Assembly (NCBI GenBank): GCA_021613535.1 | Contig: CP075497.1 | Coordinates: forward strand, 12,834,001 to 12,898,000 | Length of the DNA stretch: 64,000 nt | Direction: 5' to 3' | Source: Adineta vaga | Lineage: Eukaryota; Animalia; Rotifera | Shown here: one piece after another, positions 23,878-37,697 of the stretch | How positions within the stretch are numbered: position 1 is the stretch's first letter | How the letters are laid out: each line of letters opens with the position of its first letter | The notes under the pieces: model-generated | Seen by the model: the letters and a program-made list of their open reading frames with translations, nothing else | The model's database searches: none | What the model was told of the DNA's origin: nothing | Translations under genes and position numbers: made by a program

Positions 23878-25535
23878 TTATTTTCCTCCAGTTGTTCCCA
23901 TGCCTAAAGCTGTTTTAAATGTATCATAAATCCACCATTGAAAACCTGTTAAAGTTCCAATCATTAATACTCGAGTGCCAAGACCTTTGGTACAAAGATT
24001 ACGAATGCCAAATTTTTTAGCAATTCGTATAATTGATTTTCCTTTATAAGCTGGTTTAGCCATTAATGAAACAAGTGAATCAGCTGGATGTGATACAATA
24101 GCACATACAATACCAGCTATATAACCCGATGCAAATGTAACGCCAAGTTGTGTACTTTGTGAATAAGTTGATTTAGGTTTTGTAAATATATTTGTATAAA
24201 AATATTGCACAACCTACAATTATGAAATTTATTTAAAGAAAAACAAGAAATACTTAACCTTATTTTATTCTATGAATTTTTTAAATATGTCAATGAAAAT
24301 TTAAATAATTCATAGATTTCCTTAATAATCAAATGTATTTATACTTGAAATAAGCAACCAGACTTACCCAATCAATACTTCAAAGTGAAATTTTTATTCT
24401 TCTTTTTTTTTAAAGTAAATTTTCCTTTAGATTTTAGTTTTTAGTTTTTAGACAAGGAAACTAACGAAAGAAATCATATGAGAATTTTTAAAGCATATGT
24501 GTGCGTGTAACGATTCATTTTCTCAATTGATTCAAGTGAAAAAATAAGCGGCATGTGTGTTGAATATTGGAAGAAAATATTCGACGATGATCTAAATAAT
24601 CTTTTCACTTAGTAATAAATGCAAAGACAATCAATCGACTTATATATATATGCATGTAATTCCTATCCATCCATTTGCACAACAATACCAACTGGTTGGA
24701 CATGATGAGATGTTAACGTCGTCACTAATTAATAATAACAGAGAAAGACGAAAAGAATTAGAATGAGAAAGAGGGGCGATTGACATTCATTGAATAAATT
24801 TCTATTAGGATTTTTTTAAGTTAAACGTAAAACGAAAGATCGAGGGAGAAATAAATTTATGCAATTACCTTTTCAAATGTGTAGAATTTAGCCACTGTGT
24901 ATGGAATTTGTCTTGACCAGAGAGGTACAATTGATCCATAAGGAAATCGTGTTGTTTGTCTATTTGTATTCATTTCAACAACAGCAGCTCCAAGACTAGT
25001 TGGAAATGTTCCTGGAACACTTGTTTGAACTTTAACTTTAACCATTTCCATTGGACAAAGAGCAATATCAGCAAGAAATTCTGCTGATGCTGCACCAGCA
25101 CACCATATCCATCCTTTATATTGTTGTGCATATTCTTGTCCAGCAATACTTGCATAAAGATCTTTGAATACTTCATAAAGACCATATTTTAATGCACCTT
25201 GAGGGATATAACCTAAAAGTGTTGGTGCCCATCCTTTCCATACAGCTCGAGCACTTTCTTCAGTTGCAATTGTTCGTAATCCACTTATTAAATGTTTATA
25301 TTTTGCTGGATTGACCTTAAAATAACTGAATAGAAATAAAATTTTCTTGAAAAAAACAACAACTAACCTGCATATTACATTTGGTTACATCAAGAGGTGT
25401 TATTCCAACATGTGTTAAACCACAAGCTAAAGCACCTCCAATAAAACATTTTCCATAATAAATGTTATCATGTGGAACAGCACCTTCTGTTCGTGGATTC
25501 CATTTTTTATTTTCGAGAAGCTTGCTATTCGGCAT
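23878..25535 (-). CDS. mitochondrial phosphate carrier (SLC25A3/PIC2/MIR1 family), 316 aa, non-metazoan-looking
   Basis: Exons 25535-25368, 25315-24869, 24213-23878, all phase 0 GT-AG. Carrier signatures PLDVTK, PMEMVK, PADSLV; LWSRQIPYT; MIGTLTGFQWWIYD. Confidence 0.95.
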
Positions 25536-26560
25536 CGAAGATCAAATTGAACAATTGAAGAAAGTGAGATTGATAAAGAGAGATTTATCTGAAATAAAAT
25601 ATATTGCTTTGTTTCTAATGCAAAAGATTCCGGTACTTTTATAGGATGATATGTCAAGGTTAAGAGTACAAACCGTCAAGTGATGTGCTCGCGTAGAAGA
25701 AGAGAAAAAAAAATTGGTCGATAGACTATAGTAGTGGCGTAGAGAATGCGTGATTTTACATGGAGAGATGCATGTACTGTGTGTATGACTCACGCATGTC
25801 AAGTGTACTTTCGTCGGTTTAATTGCCGTCGAAGAAGGAAAGAAGAAGATACGTCCTTAAATATCATTGGTACGATGATTTCCCTATTCTATCATCGAAT
25901 GAGAAGAAACCGTATACTTTTATTCGTTAAAGATGGCGATACTCATTCATATTTTTTATCTAGACAAAGAAAAATTTTATTTCTTTAAAAAAAACGAACA
26001 GATATATAAAGAAGAAATAAAATTTAGTTATACATGTTCGTTTATTTGTTTTGTAAAATCTTTTTCATTGCAAGAAAAACTTTTTTTTTGTTTTGATCAA
26101 TATGAAAAGAAAATTAGTTCCGATAAATTTTCTTGAAGAAAGCAAAATGCAGTAGTGTTAAACTTGAAACTTGAATTCAATTGAAACACAAAGTTTGAAA
26201 TAAACTATCCTATTTGAAAACTCTCTGCAGCACCCCTTTTTGTTGTCAAGAAAAAAGACAATGGTGGAATCGGCTATATCGACCTCAGCAGTAATATGAA
26301 GATCTATTTGATTGCTCTTTTTAAGGTAGAAAAATGATACGCATAGCATTTATTGCTAATTCATCAAACGTCTTCAATATCAATTAAATGTTAAATGAGT
26401 CCTCTAAATTTTACGTTATTCATTTTCCCTATAAGAAGATTATTCTTGATGAGAATCTTCTAGTATTATTTTTGCTATTTTTGCTCATTTCTAATTAATA
26501 TAATAGCTAAACTCTCTAGGATAAATTTTATTATAATTCTGTTGAAACGAAGAAGAAAAT

Positions 26561-27643
26561 TTAAACAGATTCAACAAATGAAATAGGTCCTACATTTGTT
26601 TGTGGAGTAATTTGATTAATATTTAATTTCGTTCGTCTTGTTAAACATAAAAAATGCAAGAATTGATGATAAATTTTTCGAATAAAATGTTTAACTTGAT
26701 GACGAAATCGTGATGAAATAATTAAAAATAAATAAAAATTGATCTAAAGAGTAAAAAAACAAGTGAATAAACAATTGTAGTTAGAAAAATAACGAAATAT
26801 TACTGCAAAATTTGTATATAATAAAGAATAAAATATTGCACCAATAAGAGTTGTAATTGCTAATATCATTTCATCATTATCATTTGAACGAAAATTTAAT
26901 TCATACAATGATATAATTATATAAGGGAAACCACAGATAATTAATGATAAAACTCGAATTAAAATCATTGCTGTTAATTGTTGATCAAGTCGACGTCGTT
27001 TTATTCGAATTTGTCTTCGAATTATTCGACGAACATTACGATAAGATAATAAACTAAATATAATTGTTATTAATAATGGTAAAGCATTACTTAATATTGG
27101 ATAATAAAAATAAGATAAATATTTTTTTATAAATTCATTATAAACTGTACAACCGAGTGATAATTGACGAACTTCTGAAAATATTAAATAAATTAAACCA
27201 TGAAATAATGATAAACATAGAGTTATGATTGAAAATAGATATGCTAATTTTATTGTACTCAATTGACGAAAAGAATATCGATGATTTGTTGAAAAATATT
27301 GATCTATTGTTGTAAAACATATTGTAAATAATGAACATAAACCAAAAAATTGAGAAAAACCAGAACGAATTTTACACCATTCGATTGAAAGTGTTGGATC
27401 AAAATGAAATATATTTATTAAAAAACGTGATGAACATACAAATAATAAGAAACCAAGATTTGAATACGATTCAATAATTAAATAAAAACTTGAGGGAATG
27501 TTTTGAAAAATTTTTGAATTTGTTAATATTATTATTATAGATAAATTACTTATAAAACCAAGAATTAAATTAAATAAACCAAAAATAAAACGAATATTAT
27601 TTGTTATATTACGAAGATATTCTATTGTAGAATTTATTGCCAT
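26561..27643 (-). CDS. orphan rhodopsin-like GPCR (2 exons)
   Basis: 7TM pattern, WCKIR, TIDQY. A 60-nt intron 26803-26744 restores TM7/helix 8 (TNFA|INFYLFLIISSRFR); stop at 26561. Confidence 0.85.
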
Positions 27644-28751
27644 TCTTTTTTTCTTCTTTTAAAATATATCAAATAGATTTCTTTTATGTCATCATAGAAT
27701 ATAAATGACATATTTTTTTTTAATTTCAAGATTATCAAAAAAATTCCTCAAAGCACATCAGTTTTTCAATTAAATTTGCTTCAGTAATCTAAATATTATG
27801 ATATTAATTAAATACTTTGAAACTTTACCTTGGAAATTGTTCGTTCATCTCAGAGAGAAAATGCACTACCAAATAAGAATTGAGAGTCGAGGTTATATAA
27901 GAATATTTCCGTTTAACCCATACTCACTCTCTCCTACAGTCTTATATGTAGATAATAATTAATTATCATTAATTGATATAAGTTTTACAAGTGATTTTGA
28001 TCCAAGTCTAGGTGATTATCGTGATTTTCAATTTATTCAGTCAAACACATAACAATATTGTAGAATATGGTGTTATGGGTTCAATGATATCGGTTCCATA
28101 AAATTATACACATTCAATGATGGTTTTTCATTCATCGACAAAATATTCTTAAACATGACCAATCTCGATTTTTCTTTTTGATAAATAAAAACTTAGACAA
28201 TCAAACATTATGCAGCAAGAAGCACTATTTTGTCGAACATCAAGATTTGATTCTTCACTATACTGCTTTCAAAAATAGGAAGTTTATATTATCAATACAA
28301 TTGTGATGTCATTATTCTTTTCACATGAATTCTTTCTGTATGAAATAAATAAATATTGTTTTGGGAGAACGCTAAATGATATTTTTTGCTAATCATATAG
28401 TTCATACAATGCGAAAGTATATCTTAATCTGTGATCGTTATCGGTTCTTATTTTTATCGATCAGAAATCAAATAGTTTTCTTTGTTACTATGCTCTCTTT
28501 AGGAAAATTCCAATACTATTCGAGAAAATCCGAAGACGATACGACAAGGTTTGATGCACCGATTCAGATAATGGATGCCGTTCATAACTTGTTTCATTGA
28601 CTTAACTGAGTCATTGCTGCTTATGATCGTATTATTTACGGTAGTCGTCAAATGTTATAAAGACTCAAAACAATTCGAGTGTTAACTTGAAATAATGACT
28701 GATGTTCTAAACAAATAACTTTGATGTTTTTCGCAAAAGAAAAATATTATC

Positions 28752-28806
28752 ATCTTGAGAGTGTGGGTTGAGACCAGAATATTACCCACACCCACACTCA
28801 CCCTGG
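28752..28806. mobile_element. copy of short dispersed hairpin element
   Basis: atcttgagagtgtgggt ... acccacacccacactcaccc. Confidence 0.6.
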
Positions 28807-29277
28807 GAAGCATGAGGTAGTCGTACTGAATAAAATACTTGTTTGATTCATTATATAGCTCAATGAATAGTTCTCCTCTTGCTATACCTCAAATTGAATG
28901 CTAAAGGCCTCTATCTCACAAATGTATCAACGACGCGCTTCACTTAAAGACTCATATTTTATAACGGACAATGAATTATTGAACCATAAATGCATTATAT
29001 CAATTTACTACGAAAAACACAAAGTCATTTGTGTTCGAGGGACGTTTCGACAGTATATCTTAATCTGCTTATATAAATTCTCATTTTTTTTTCTTCTCAA
29101 TCAATTATAATCTTATAATAAGTGTAAAAATTTTAAATCTATAATTTTTTTTGCTTTACGATATGCTCCATTTCTTTATTTTATTTTCAATTCACAATTC
29201 TTCTAATTGAATCTTAAGAGGAAAACTTCAAAAGTCGAATATTTTATTACTAATAAAGCAACATTAAAATAGATTTA

Positions 29278-29298
29278 GAAAGAAGAAGAAGAAGAAGA
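29278..29298. repeat. (GAA)n microsatellite
   Basis: About 7 GAA units. Confidence 0.85.
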
Positions 29299-29792
29299 AC
29301 AACATGTAGCATAACATTCTGTATTAAGATCATAAAAAATAGGAATAGCAATGACGACACTAAATACTAATGAATGATCGTCACCATTGCGCATTTTCTA
29401 ATAAAATATATTTTGAGGATATCAACGACTAAGTACATTATTAAAGTGAAGCTTCTAGTTTTGTTTTTCTTTAATATGGTACTTATTCATGCTTGGGTTG
29501 CCATGTAATAGTGAAATTAGAAAACGGAGAAAAAAAGCAAAGAAATCTCATTTGTATCTTTTATTTGAAGAATATTGAAGAACTGTTTACTTTGTTTGTA
29601 AGTAAACGAACTATATTTCTGCGCTTTAGCAATTATCTTGATTAAATTATTGTTTATTTGTCTAAAATACCAATTGATACAATCTGCTCATTTATATCGT
29701 ATCGTTGTATTAGGATCAAGAAATATTTAACAAATAAAATTTCATCAATAGGTAGATTATTCTCTCACAAAATTTAATATACTTCGTTTACA

Positions 29793-30794
29793 ATGTCTTC
29801 GAACTCAACAGAAGTAGCTCTTATTGCAAATTTAGTTGCTATTACTACACAAATCAATCGTTATCTACCAATCGGTATTTTTTTCTTTGGTATGATTGGT
29901 AATCTTCTCAATTGTTTAGCTCTTTCTCAACGAACACTTCTTTCTAATTCTTGTGCTTTATTATTTCTCGCATCATCTATTGCCAATCTGATTACATTGA
30001 TTGTTGGTGTTGGTGTTCGTTTCTTAACTGGTTGGTCTGCTGATCTAACCGAAACGAATGATCTTGTCTGTCAAATTCGTTTCTTCTTTTTATCTACTTC
30101 GAGAACTATTGCATTCTGGTTGATTTTATTAGCTGTAATGGATCGATGGCTTTTATCATCGATTAATGTTCATCGTCGACAAATGAGCACATTGAAAAAT
30201 GCTCAACGAGGCATTATTTTCATCATTATTCTCTCAAGTTTAGCATATGTTCAATATTTTTATTGTTTTGTAGCAATTCCTAAAGATTATCCAATAACAT
30301 GTTATGGCAGATCAATATTATGTCGATTAATTCACAATCTAGAATTTGCTTTGATTACCGTTCTTATTCCTTCTTTATTAATGATTACTTTTGGATTAAT
30401 GACCATTTATAATGTTCATAAATCTGCTTTACGTCGAGTTCAACCAAGTATCGCATCAGCATCAATACAAAGAAGTATTGCCAACGAAAGATCAGTACGA
30501 ATGAAGAAAATCGACCATCAACTTCTTATCATGCTTTGTGTACAAACTAGTCTCGTAATTCTCTTTTCACTTCCTCAAGCTTCTCTCAGTCTTTACACGA
30601 TTATTACTCAATACAATATCAAATCTCCACTTACGAATGCCATTAGTACTTTACTTCTCAATTTATTCATATTGCTTACTTATATGACCAATGGTATGCC
30701 ATTTTATGTATACACATTAAGTGGTGGAACAGTTTATCGTAAAGCACTTTTTGATAGACTACAAGAATTTTCTAAAATAATTCTTTGTCGATGA
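29793..30794 (+). CDS. orphan rhodopsin-like GPCR
   Basis: 333 aa; GNLLN, CQIR, MDRW, PFYVY motifs; seven hydrophobic segments. Confidence 0.9.
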   Translation: MSSNSTEVALIANLVAITTQINRYLPIGIFFFGMIGNLLNCLALSQRTLLSNSCALLFLASSIANLITLIVGVGVRFLTGWSADLTETNDLVCQIRFFFLSTSRTIAFWLILLAVMDRWLLSSINVHRRQMSTLKNAQRGIIFIIILSSLAYVQYFYCFVAIPKDYPITCYGRSILCRLIHNLEFALITVLIPSLLMITFGLMTIYNVHKSALRRVQPSIASASIQRSIANERSVRMKKIDHQLLIMLCVQTSLVILFSLPQASLSLYTIITQYNIKSPLTNAISTLLLNLFILLTYMTNGMPFYVYTLSGGTVYRKALFDRLQEFSKIILCR

Positions 30795-31229
30795 AAATTC
30801 TTCTTTTAATTGGAAAAAAAATTGTAAATAAATATTCAACTCGTTGAAAAGAATTTTAAGAATATGGGTGTGAGTGTTAATTTGATTTTCCAACTTCATA
30901 CAGATTAAACTCTCACATTTGTTTTCTTCTTTCTTTTCTCGTCCTTTCACATGAAGTATATTAGACTGATATTTTGTTTATTTACATATGTACTCTTTTC
31001 ACCTTTTATCTTTACGATTAGAATAATAAAAACGAGAAGAAAGAGAACGGAAGAAAACCTGAATATTTTTCACAAAACGTAAATTTAGTAACTTGGTAAA
31101 AGCCAAGTTGTATTCGAAGAAAACAATAATTATATAATTTGTTTCTCTTTATATTTTCACATTCATCTGTAAGCTTTTACACATGCACGGAATCGTTCGA
31201 TAGTATTTGAAATATTTATTTCAGAAATC

Positions 31230-33901
31230 ATGTCATCATTTGAATCAATTGTATTGATCTATGGATCACCTACTGATATTGTTCATGCTACATTAAGTTT
31301 TCCTGTACCATCTTTATTTGCATTTGATCTTAAATCACTTGAAAATATTGTTAATCTTTCACCACAATTAAACGAATCATGTCTCCGTCGATATTTTCTT
31401 ATTTTACTTCAACCAATAACTGAAACGATTGTTCATCAATTTCAATCAAATCATCGTATTATAAAAGTTTATAATAAACAAAATTCGATCGAACAGAATT
31501 TAAAAGAATCCAATCAAATGATAAATTCATTTAAACAATTAACACTTGATATTACAAATGATATTATTCTATTTTTAACAACTGAAGGTGAAAAACAATT
31601 GAAATTAGAACGAATATCTTTAGTCAAAGTTTATTATCAACAAGCTCGTATATTAAAAGAATGGATGATGACATTTTTTAAAGTTATAAATTCAACTTTC
31701 TTTTTTTCTTCTTTATTAATATCTTTTTTAATTCTTATTCATTTTATAGGCTGAACCATGTCATATACTTCTTATATCTTTAAATAGTACACAAGAAAAT
31801 CTTGATAATACACAACAACAATTACAAACAATATGTGAGTATAGAGAAAAGATATCGTTCGATGAAATATCATTGTGATTTATTGAAATTAGGTGAAAAT
31901 CTTGGATATAATTCACTGATAATTCGTCAATTTCATGATTATCTTCCATCGAATGAACGACATTCATCCTTATTACCTTATTCAAAATTATTATTCAACA
32001 ATGAAAATCCTGAGAAGATTTGTCAAATGATTCAAAATCTTTGTTCAATACGATTATATTTATATGGAAATGAACTGAAAATTCCGAGTGAATGGAGTAA
32101 TTTAATGATTGAAAATGAAAAAGAATTAATGGATGATGAAGATAATTGGACATGTTTTATTGAAAATGATTTGATTAGTAATGAAATCAAATGGAATTTT
32201 TCATTTTTATTTGGTAAAAAATGGCAATTCTCTCGTGTAACACCATTGGATTTAAATCAATTAAATAATGATCCGAGATTTGTCTCAGCACTTCGTCGAT
32301 CATTTTTAACATATTCTCAACGACAAATTCAAGTAACTGCCGATATATTTGATTGGTATGAGGATTGTATAAAAAGAGAAGACATTAAATTAGAAGTAAA
32401 ATCATTTTGATTATCTTTCATTTCATTTAATTTCTTTTCTTTGTTTAGCCGAAATTAAAGGATCAACAAATAATAATGAAATCGAAACGCCGTTCATGCA
32501 GAGCCAAAACAATAAAAAATCGATGTGTTTTTTCAAATATATATTCGTTTGAATATTTAACAATTGATAATGAAAAATCATCTTCATTTACATTTATATG
32601 GTTAGATGAACTAATCAATGATTCAACGGAACAATTTAAGAAAATAATTGAACCATTTCAATGGAATTTTTTTAATAATATTTCATCTTGTATCTCGTTC
32701 ATCGAAAAACAACTTCGTCAAAAATCGAATATATTCTTAATTGTGTCGGGAAAATTGGGTGAAGAATTATTTTTAACAACAGTTTTTTTAATGCAACAAA
32801 TCTTTTCGGTCTATATTTATTGTGCTCAAATTGAACCAAATTTAAAATGGAGTAAAACACATGTACAAATAAAAGGTGTTTATAATAATTTAAATCAACT
32901 TCAACGACATATTGAAAAAGATTATCAACAACTTCAAATTTCTTCATCTGATGAAAATAATCGAAGAATTTATCAAAATGATAATCAGGTATTTGAATTT
33001 TGAACGGTGTGAGTGATATATTTATATTCATCAATCCTATACACCTTCAATATCCATTTGTATCTTATATTTTATTTAGTTATTTAATCAATTGAAAGAT
33101 GATGAAAGTATATGTACAATTGGATTAACTGTGTATAATAAGGAACAAGCGTGTTTATTTTGGGGAAATCAAAGAATAATTGATACATTTTTAAGTATGC
33201 CACATTCAATTGAATCAAGAAAAGATATGATGGAAGAATTTCGTCGAATCTATGAAAATAACGAAAAAATTCTCGATGAAATTAATTTATTTGACAATAG
33301 TTATGATGATTTATTGGATAATAGTGTTGTTAATGAAGCATCTATACAATGGTATACAAAAGCTGGTTTCGTATCAAAAACAATAAATCAAATTCTTCGA
33401 ACGAATGACATTGATCGAATCTTTAAATTTCGTCATATACTTACTGATATTTATCAGTATTTGAATCTCTCATACGAACAAAGTTATTCATCGAATTCTA
33501 ATGTATCAAATGAAATATTTTATCGTGGGCAATTTATCACAAATGAAGAATTTGATTATCTAAAACAATTACGAGGATCTATTATATCAATAAACACATT
33601 GTTATCAACAACAAAATCAATGCAAATTGCTCTAATGTATGCCGGAAAATATCTCGATAATAAAGATATGGTATCAATTGTATTCATTATTGAAAAAGAT
33701 TCAGGAGTTCAAACACGTCCATTTGCAAATATTTCACATTATTCATTGTTTCCCGATGAAGAAGAAACATTATTTTCGATGGGTTGTATCTTTAAAATAG
33801 GAAATATACGTAAATTAGCAGGCGAAGATAACAATAATATTTGGACTGTTTATTTAAAGTTGATTCAACACAATTATCATGAAATCAACAATATTAATTG
33901 A
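31230..33901 (+). CDS. 5-exon ~800 aa protein with receiver-like alpha/beta modules and a C-terminal R-S-E ADP-ribosyltransferase domain
   Basis: Exons 31230-31682, 31750-31834, 31893-32395, 32449-32988, 33080-33901 give 2403 nt in frame. ART motifs WYT..INQILR, FYRGQ, LLSTT, PDEEETLF. Confidence 0.85.
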
Positions 33902-34278
33902 ACAATTTCTTCCCACAGAACATCATTAATATAAACGAGATTTTTCTTTAAAATAAACTTATTAGGGTGTCGGTATACGTGACAAAGATATAAATACATA
34001 TCCACTCTTGAAATAAATGTAAAACAGACAGTTTTATTATTAAAATATATCACATTAAAAATTCACGTCTCCTTCAAAACAATGTAAACGAAGTAATTGT
34101 ACATTTTTATATATTTTTCAAAATTGCATTGTCATGTTGATGACTCTTATAGTACGGCAAGAACGCGCACACGTGTCATAACGATGCACTTTTTCAATCG
34201 CTTATAACACATTATAGAAACGAAATACAGTTTATATATTTAAGATTATATATTGTAAATTACCAAGTTAATTTTACT

Positions 34279-35214
34279 ATGTTGACAATCGCAGTAGCTG
34301 GTCTTGGAGATTTAGCAAAATATGTTGTTGAAGAACTCACTGGTTCATCTCCACCAGTGAAAATTGTTTTACTAAGTCGAGAATCTCGTCCTTGGTTTGA
34401 TCAACAATCAAATACTATATTTCGTAAGACTGATTATTCAGTTGAATCATTGACAAAACATCTTGCTGATGTCGATGTTCTTATTTCTTTAATTCATTCG
34501 AACGATCATTTTTACAATGATGTTCATGAAGCAATGATAACTGCCTGTAAAACATCACCACGTTGTAAACGTTTCATTCCATCAGAATGTGGTGGTGACA
34601 TTGAGAAGTTTCCACAACATCCCGAATTTTATGTACCAACACATCGAGCAATTCAAAAATTATTAGAGCAACAAAATGAAATAGAATATACTCTATTTAA
34701 TCAAGGATGGTTTATGGATTATTTCATTCCTGCGAATCGATCCTATATGAAACGTATTTTACCTGTTTGGCCATTAGATTTGGAAAAAGAAACAATTAGA
34801 ATTCCTGGTACTGGTGAAGAACCAATCACATTTACTTCAGCGCGTGATGCCGGAAAAGCTCTGGCTCGTCTTGTATCATCAAATATACCATGGGAGAAAT
34901 ATATTTACATTGCTGGAGAAACAACAACCTGGAATCAAGTAGTTAAACTTATAGAAAAGATTTATCCTGATAAAAAATTACAAATTACATATAAATCACT
35001 AGACGAATTAGAGCAAGATCGTACAAAACATCTGCATGATGAAGATCCAACTGAATTATGGCTTGCTTTTATGGATTTATGGAATGCAACTGGAGCAAGT
35101 GCAGTACCGATGGATAAAGTAGAACAACAGAAAAAGAGATATTTTTCTAATATTTATTTTTCGAACATTGAAGAGTTTATCAGAGCAGCTGAAAAAGCAG
35201 ATCGTGTTATATGA
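34279..35214 (+). CDS. NmrA/isoflavone-reductase-like NAD(P)-dependent oxidoreductase (atypical SDR)
   Basis: 311 aa intronless; IAVAGLGDLA Rossmann motif, KRFIPSECG, GWFMDY, FTSARDAGKA. Confidence 0.9.
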   Translation: MLTIAVAGLGDLAKYVVEELTGSSPPVKIVLLSRESRPWFDQQSNTIFRKTDYSVESLTKHLADVDVLISLIHSNDHFYNDVHEAMITACKTSPRCKRFIPSECGGDIEKFPQHPEFYVPTHRAIQKLLEQQNEIEYTLFNQGWFMDYFIPANRSYMKRILPVWPLDLEKETIRIPGTGEEPITFTSARDAGKALARLVSSNIPWEKYIYIAGETTTWNQVVKLIEKIYPDKKLQITYKSLDELEQDRTKHLHDEDPTELWLAFMDLWNATGASAVPMDKVEQQKKRYFSNIYFSNIEEFIRAAEKADRVI

Positions 35215-36674
35215 AATAATCTTTTCAAGAACGATTGAAGTCGTGGTGAACGTATATAGGTTCGCATTAATCATATCCATCACTTACCTTTAACTACAAA
35301 TTGTTCGATGCGAATTTTTTAAACTTCGTAATAAATCTATTCTTTAGAATATACTAATGTTCATTTTCATTTTTCGTGTGCTTGAGAGATTTTAGATTTG
35401 TCATTCAGATAGTTCTTGAGGGTGTGAAATAGATATGAAAACGAAATTCAATGAAGTTTGGTGTTAGATCAGCTGTGTGTTTTTATATAAGATGAATAAT
35501 ACTTTTTTTTATATACAGAGAAAACGAATGATGAACATTGATCTATTGACAAGAAATGACTGACGATTTCTAGAGATATTTTATTACTCAATTGTGATTC
35601 GTTTTTTACTTTGACTATAGTTGCTGAGATACGATGTTGACATTAACCATCACGAAAATGCAATAATTTACTAAAACGAAGTCCCTCAATCGAACCGTTG
35701 GCTATACATTGCAGATCATAAAAAAATCTCACCAACACTATATCAGTGCATATTTTTCTCAAGTATAACTTTCTATCTCTCTTCTAGTGTAAAAAGCCTA
35801 AAAACTAAATTTGCAAGAGTACTTTTTAGAGATGTTTGCTTTTTCACTTTTCTTCCTACTCATATTCTAATCATCTATTAAATTCAATAGAAATAGATCT
35901 TTAACAAGGACATGCTAAATTGACCTCAAACCTGCTCATTAAGGAAAAGAAAAACGTACTTGTGGTGAAAGTGCATCTTTTAGAAAGAAATATTAATAAT
36001 TTTCCAATTCTTCTTTTGAAGATCTATTTTTATTAGATTACGTAGATGATTAAAAACATTGTCTTTTGAACAAATCTTCATGACAAAGCATAAAAAAATA
36101 AGAGAAATATTTATAAAAATACTGAAAGAACAAATCATTAAAGGAAAGAAGTAAAAAATTAATTTGATAAAACAATGTAAATTGAGTACGATTTATATAT
36201 TTCAATTTCGTCCCATTATTAGATTTAGAAAAGATATAAAAAAAACTGAACCGTAACTCCTAAGCACCCTTTATAATTCATGATACTCAATAGCATTGAG
36301 AACTATAATTTGTATTTCAGAAGAAATTTCACTATTTTTCTTTTAGTAGAGGAATACTTATGATATTCATTTCTTTTTATCACGTCTTATTGATTCGCTG
36401 TATTTTCTTATCTTTCCCTCATTTTTATCCACTTTCACATTAAAAGAATATGTTTCTATAAATGTTTAAATCTACTGATAAGCGGAAATACATGAAAAAA
36501 ACTTTTCTTCACTCTCCATTATGTATAGTTGAATAATTTGTTTTAATCTGAAAATCGTTAGAAAATGTCACTGCGCTTGTTTAATTGCGAAGAAAACTAA
36601 GTAAAATATAAAAAGAAAAACAACTTTCTTTTTCTTCATTTATTCATTTTAATACTTAATTCTTAATATTGAAA

Positions 36675-37697
36675 ATGTCTAATGTAAACAACACTTTTTA
36701 CAATATCACATCAACTGTATCCTCTGTATCTGTCAATACTCTTTCTCGTCCACTGAAATTTTGGTTGTATCTTGTTTTTTTGATTCCATCGATTATTTGT
36801 ACTTTATTCGTTCTCTATCATCTTCTCTTTGATCGAACTCTTCGTCATGCTTTCAATAATTATATTATTATTATTATTCTTTTTGTTGGTCTTATTGTAG
36901 AAATCACAGATATTCCATGGATGCTTGATTTTTATCGTTTCAGTATAGTTCGAGAAAAAACACTTGCATATTGTCTCATTTGGACATTTATCGATTTTAC
37001 ATATTTTGTTATGCAAAATATGCTCTTTGCTTGGGCTTCAATTGAAAGACATATTCTCATCTTTAATTCACAATGGATTGTAACAAAGAAAAATCAGATT
37101 TTAATTCATTATCTTCCTCCAATAATCATAATTCTTTATTTTCATCTATATTATGGTGTTTTTATATTCTTTTCAAGTTGTCAAAATGTTTTCGATTATA
37201 CAGTGTTCAATTGTTTCACTCCGTGTTATTTGAAAAATAGAATTGCTTCATTATGGGGCACAATAGTTCACAATATTTTATCTATTATCATTATTGCTTT
37301 TTTCAATATAGCACTTTTAATACGTGTTATTTGGCAAAAACATCGCGTTCATCAATCGATTCAATGGAAAAAGTATCGAAAGATGGCCATCCAATTATTA
37401 TCCAATTCTCTTCTTTATCTCTTTTTTGCTTTTCCTTATATGGTTTTGAAACTTCTTACTCTGTGTGGTGTACCATCGTCTGCTTTAGCCACCTATTCAC
37501 CTTACACAACTTTCTTTCTCTATTATGTTATTTTGCTTTTTCCCTTTGTTTGTGTTGTATCATTGTCAGAGCTTCGAACGAAGATTACCAAATTGTTTTT
37601 CTGGCGCCAACAACGCCGAGTCGTTAGTGTTAGACCATTAGATGCAGCACATATGAAACAAATTCAAATACCTGTAGTACCAGCTGTTGTTCATTGA
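36675..37697 (+). CDS. orphan rhodopsin-like GPCR
   Basis: ATG at 36675; seven TMs; WASIERH, FPFVC. Confidence 0.9.
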   Translation: MSNVNNTFYNITSTVSSVSVNTLSRPLKFWLYLVFLIPSIICTLFVLYHLLFDRTLRHAFNNYIIIIILFVGLIVEITDIPWMLDFYRFSIVREKTLAYCLIWTFIDFTYFVMQNMLFAWASIERHILIFNSQWIVTKKNQILIHYLPPIIIILYFHLYYGVFIFFSSCQNVFDYTVFNCFTPCYLKNRIASLWGTIVHNILSIIIIAFFNIALLIRVIWQKHRVHQSIQWKKYRKMAIQLLSNSLLYLFFAFPYMVLKLLTLCGVPSSALATYSPYTTFFLYYVILLFPFVCVVSLSELRTKITKLFFWRQQRRVVSVRPLDAAHMKQIQIPVVPAVVH

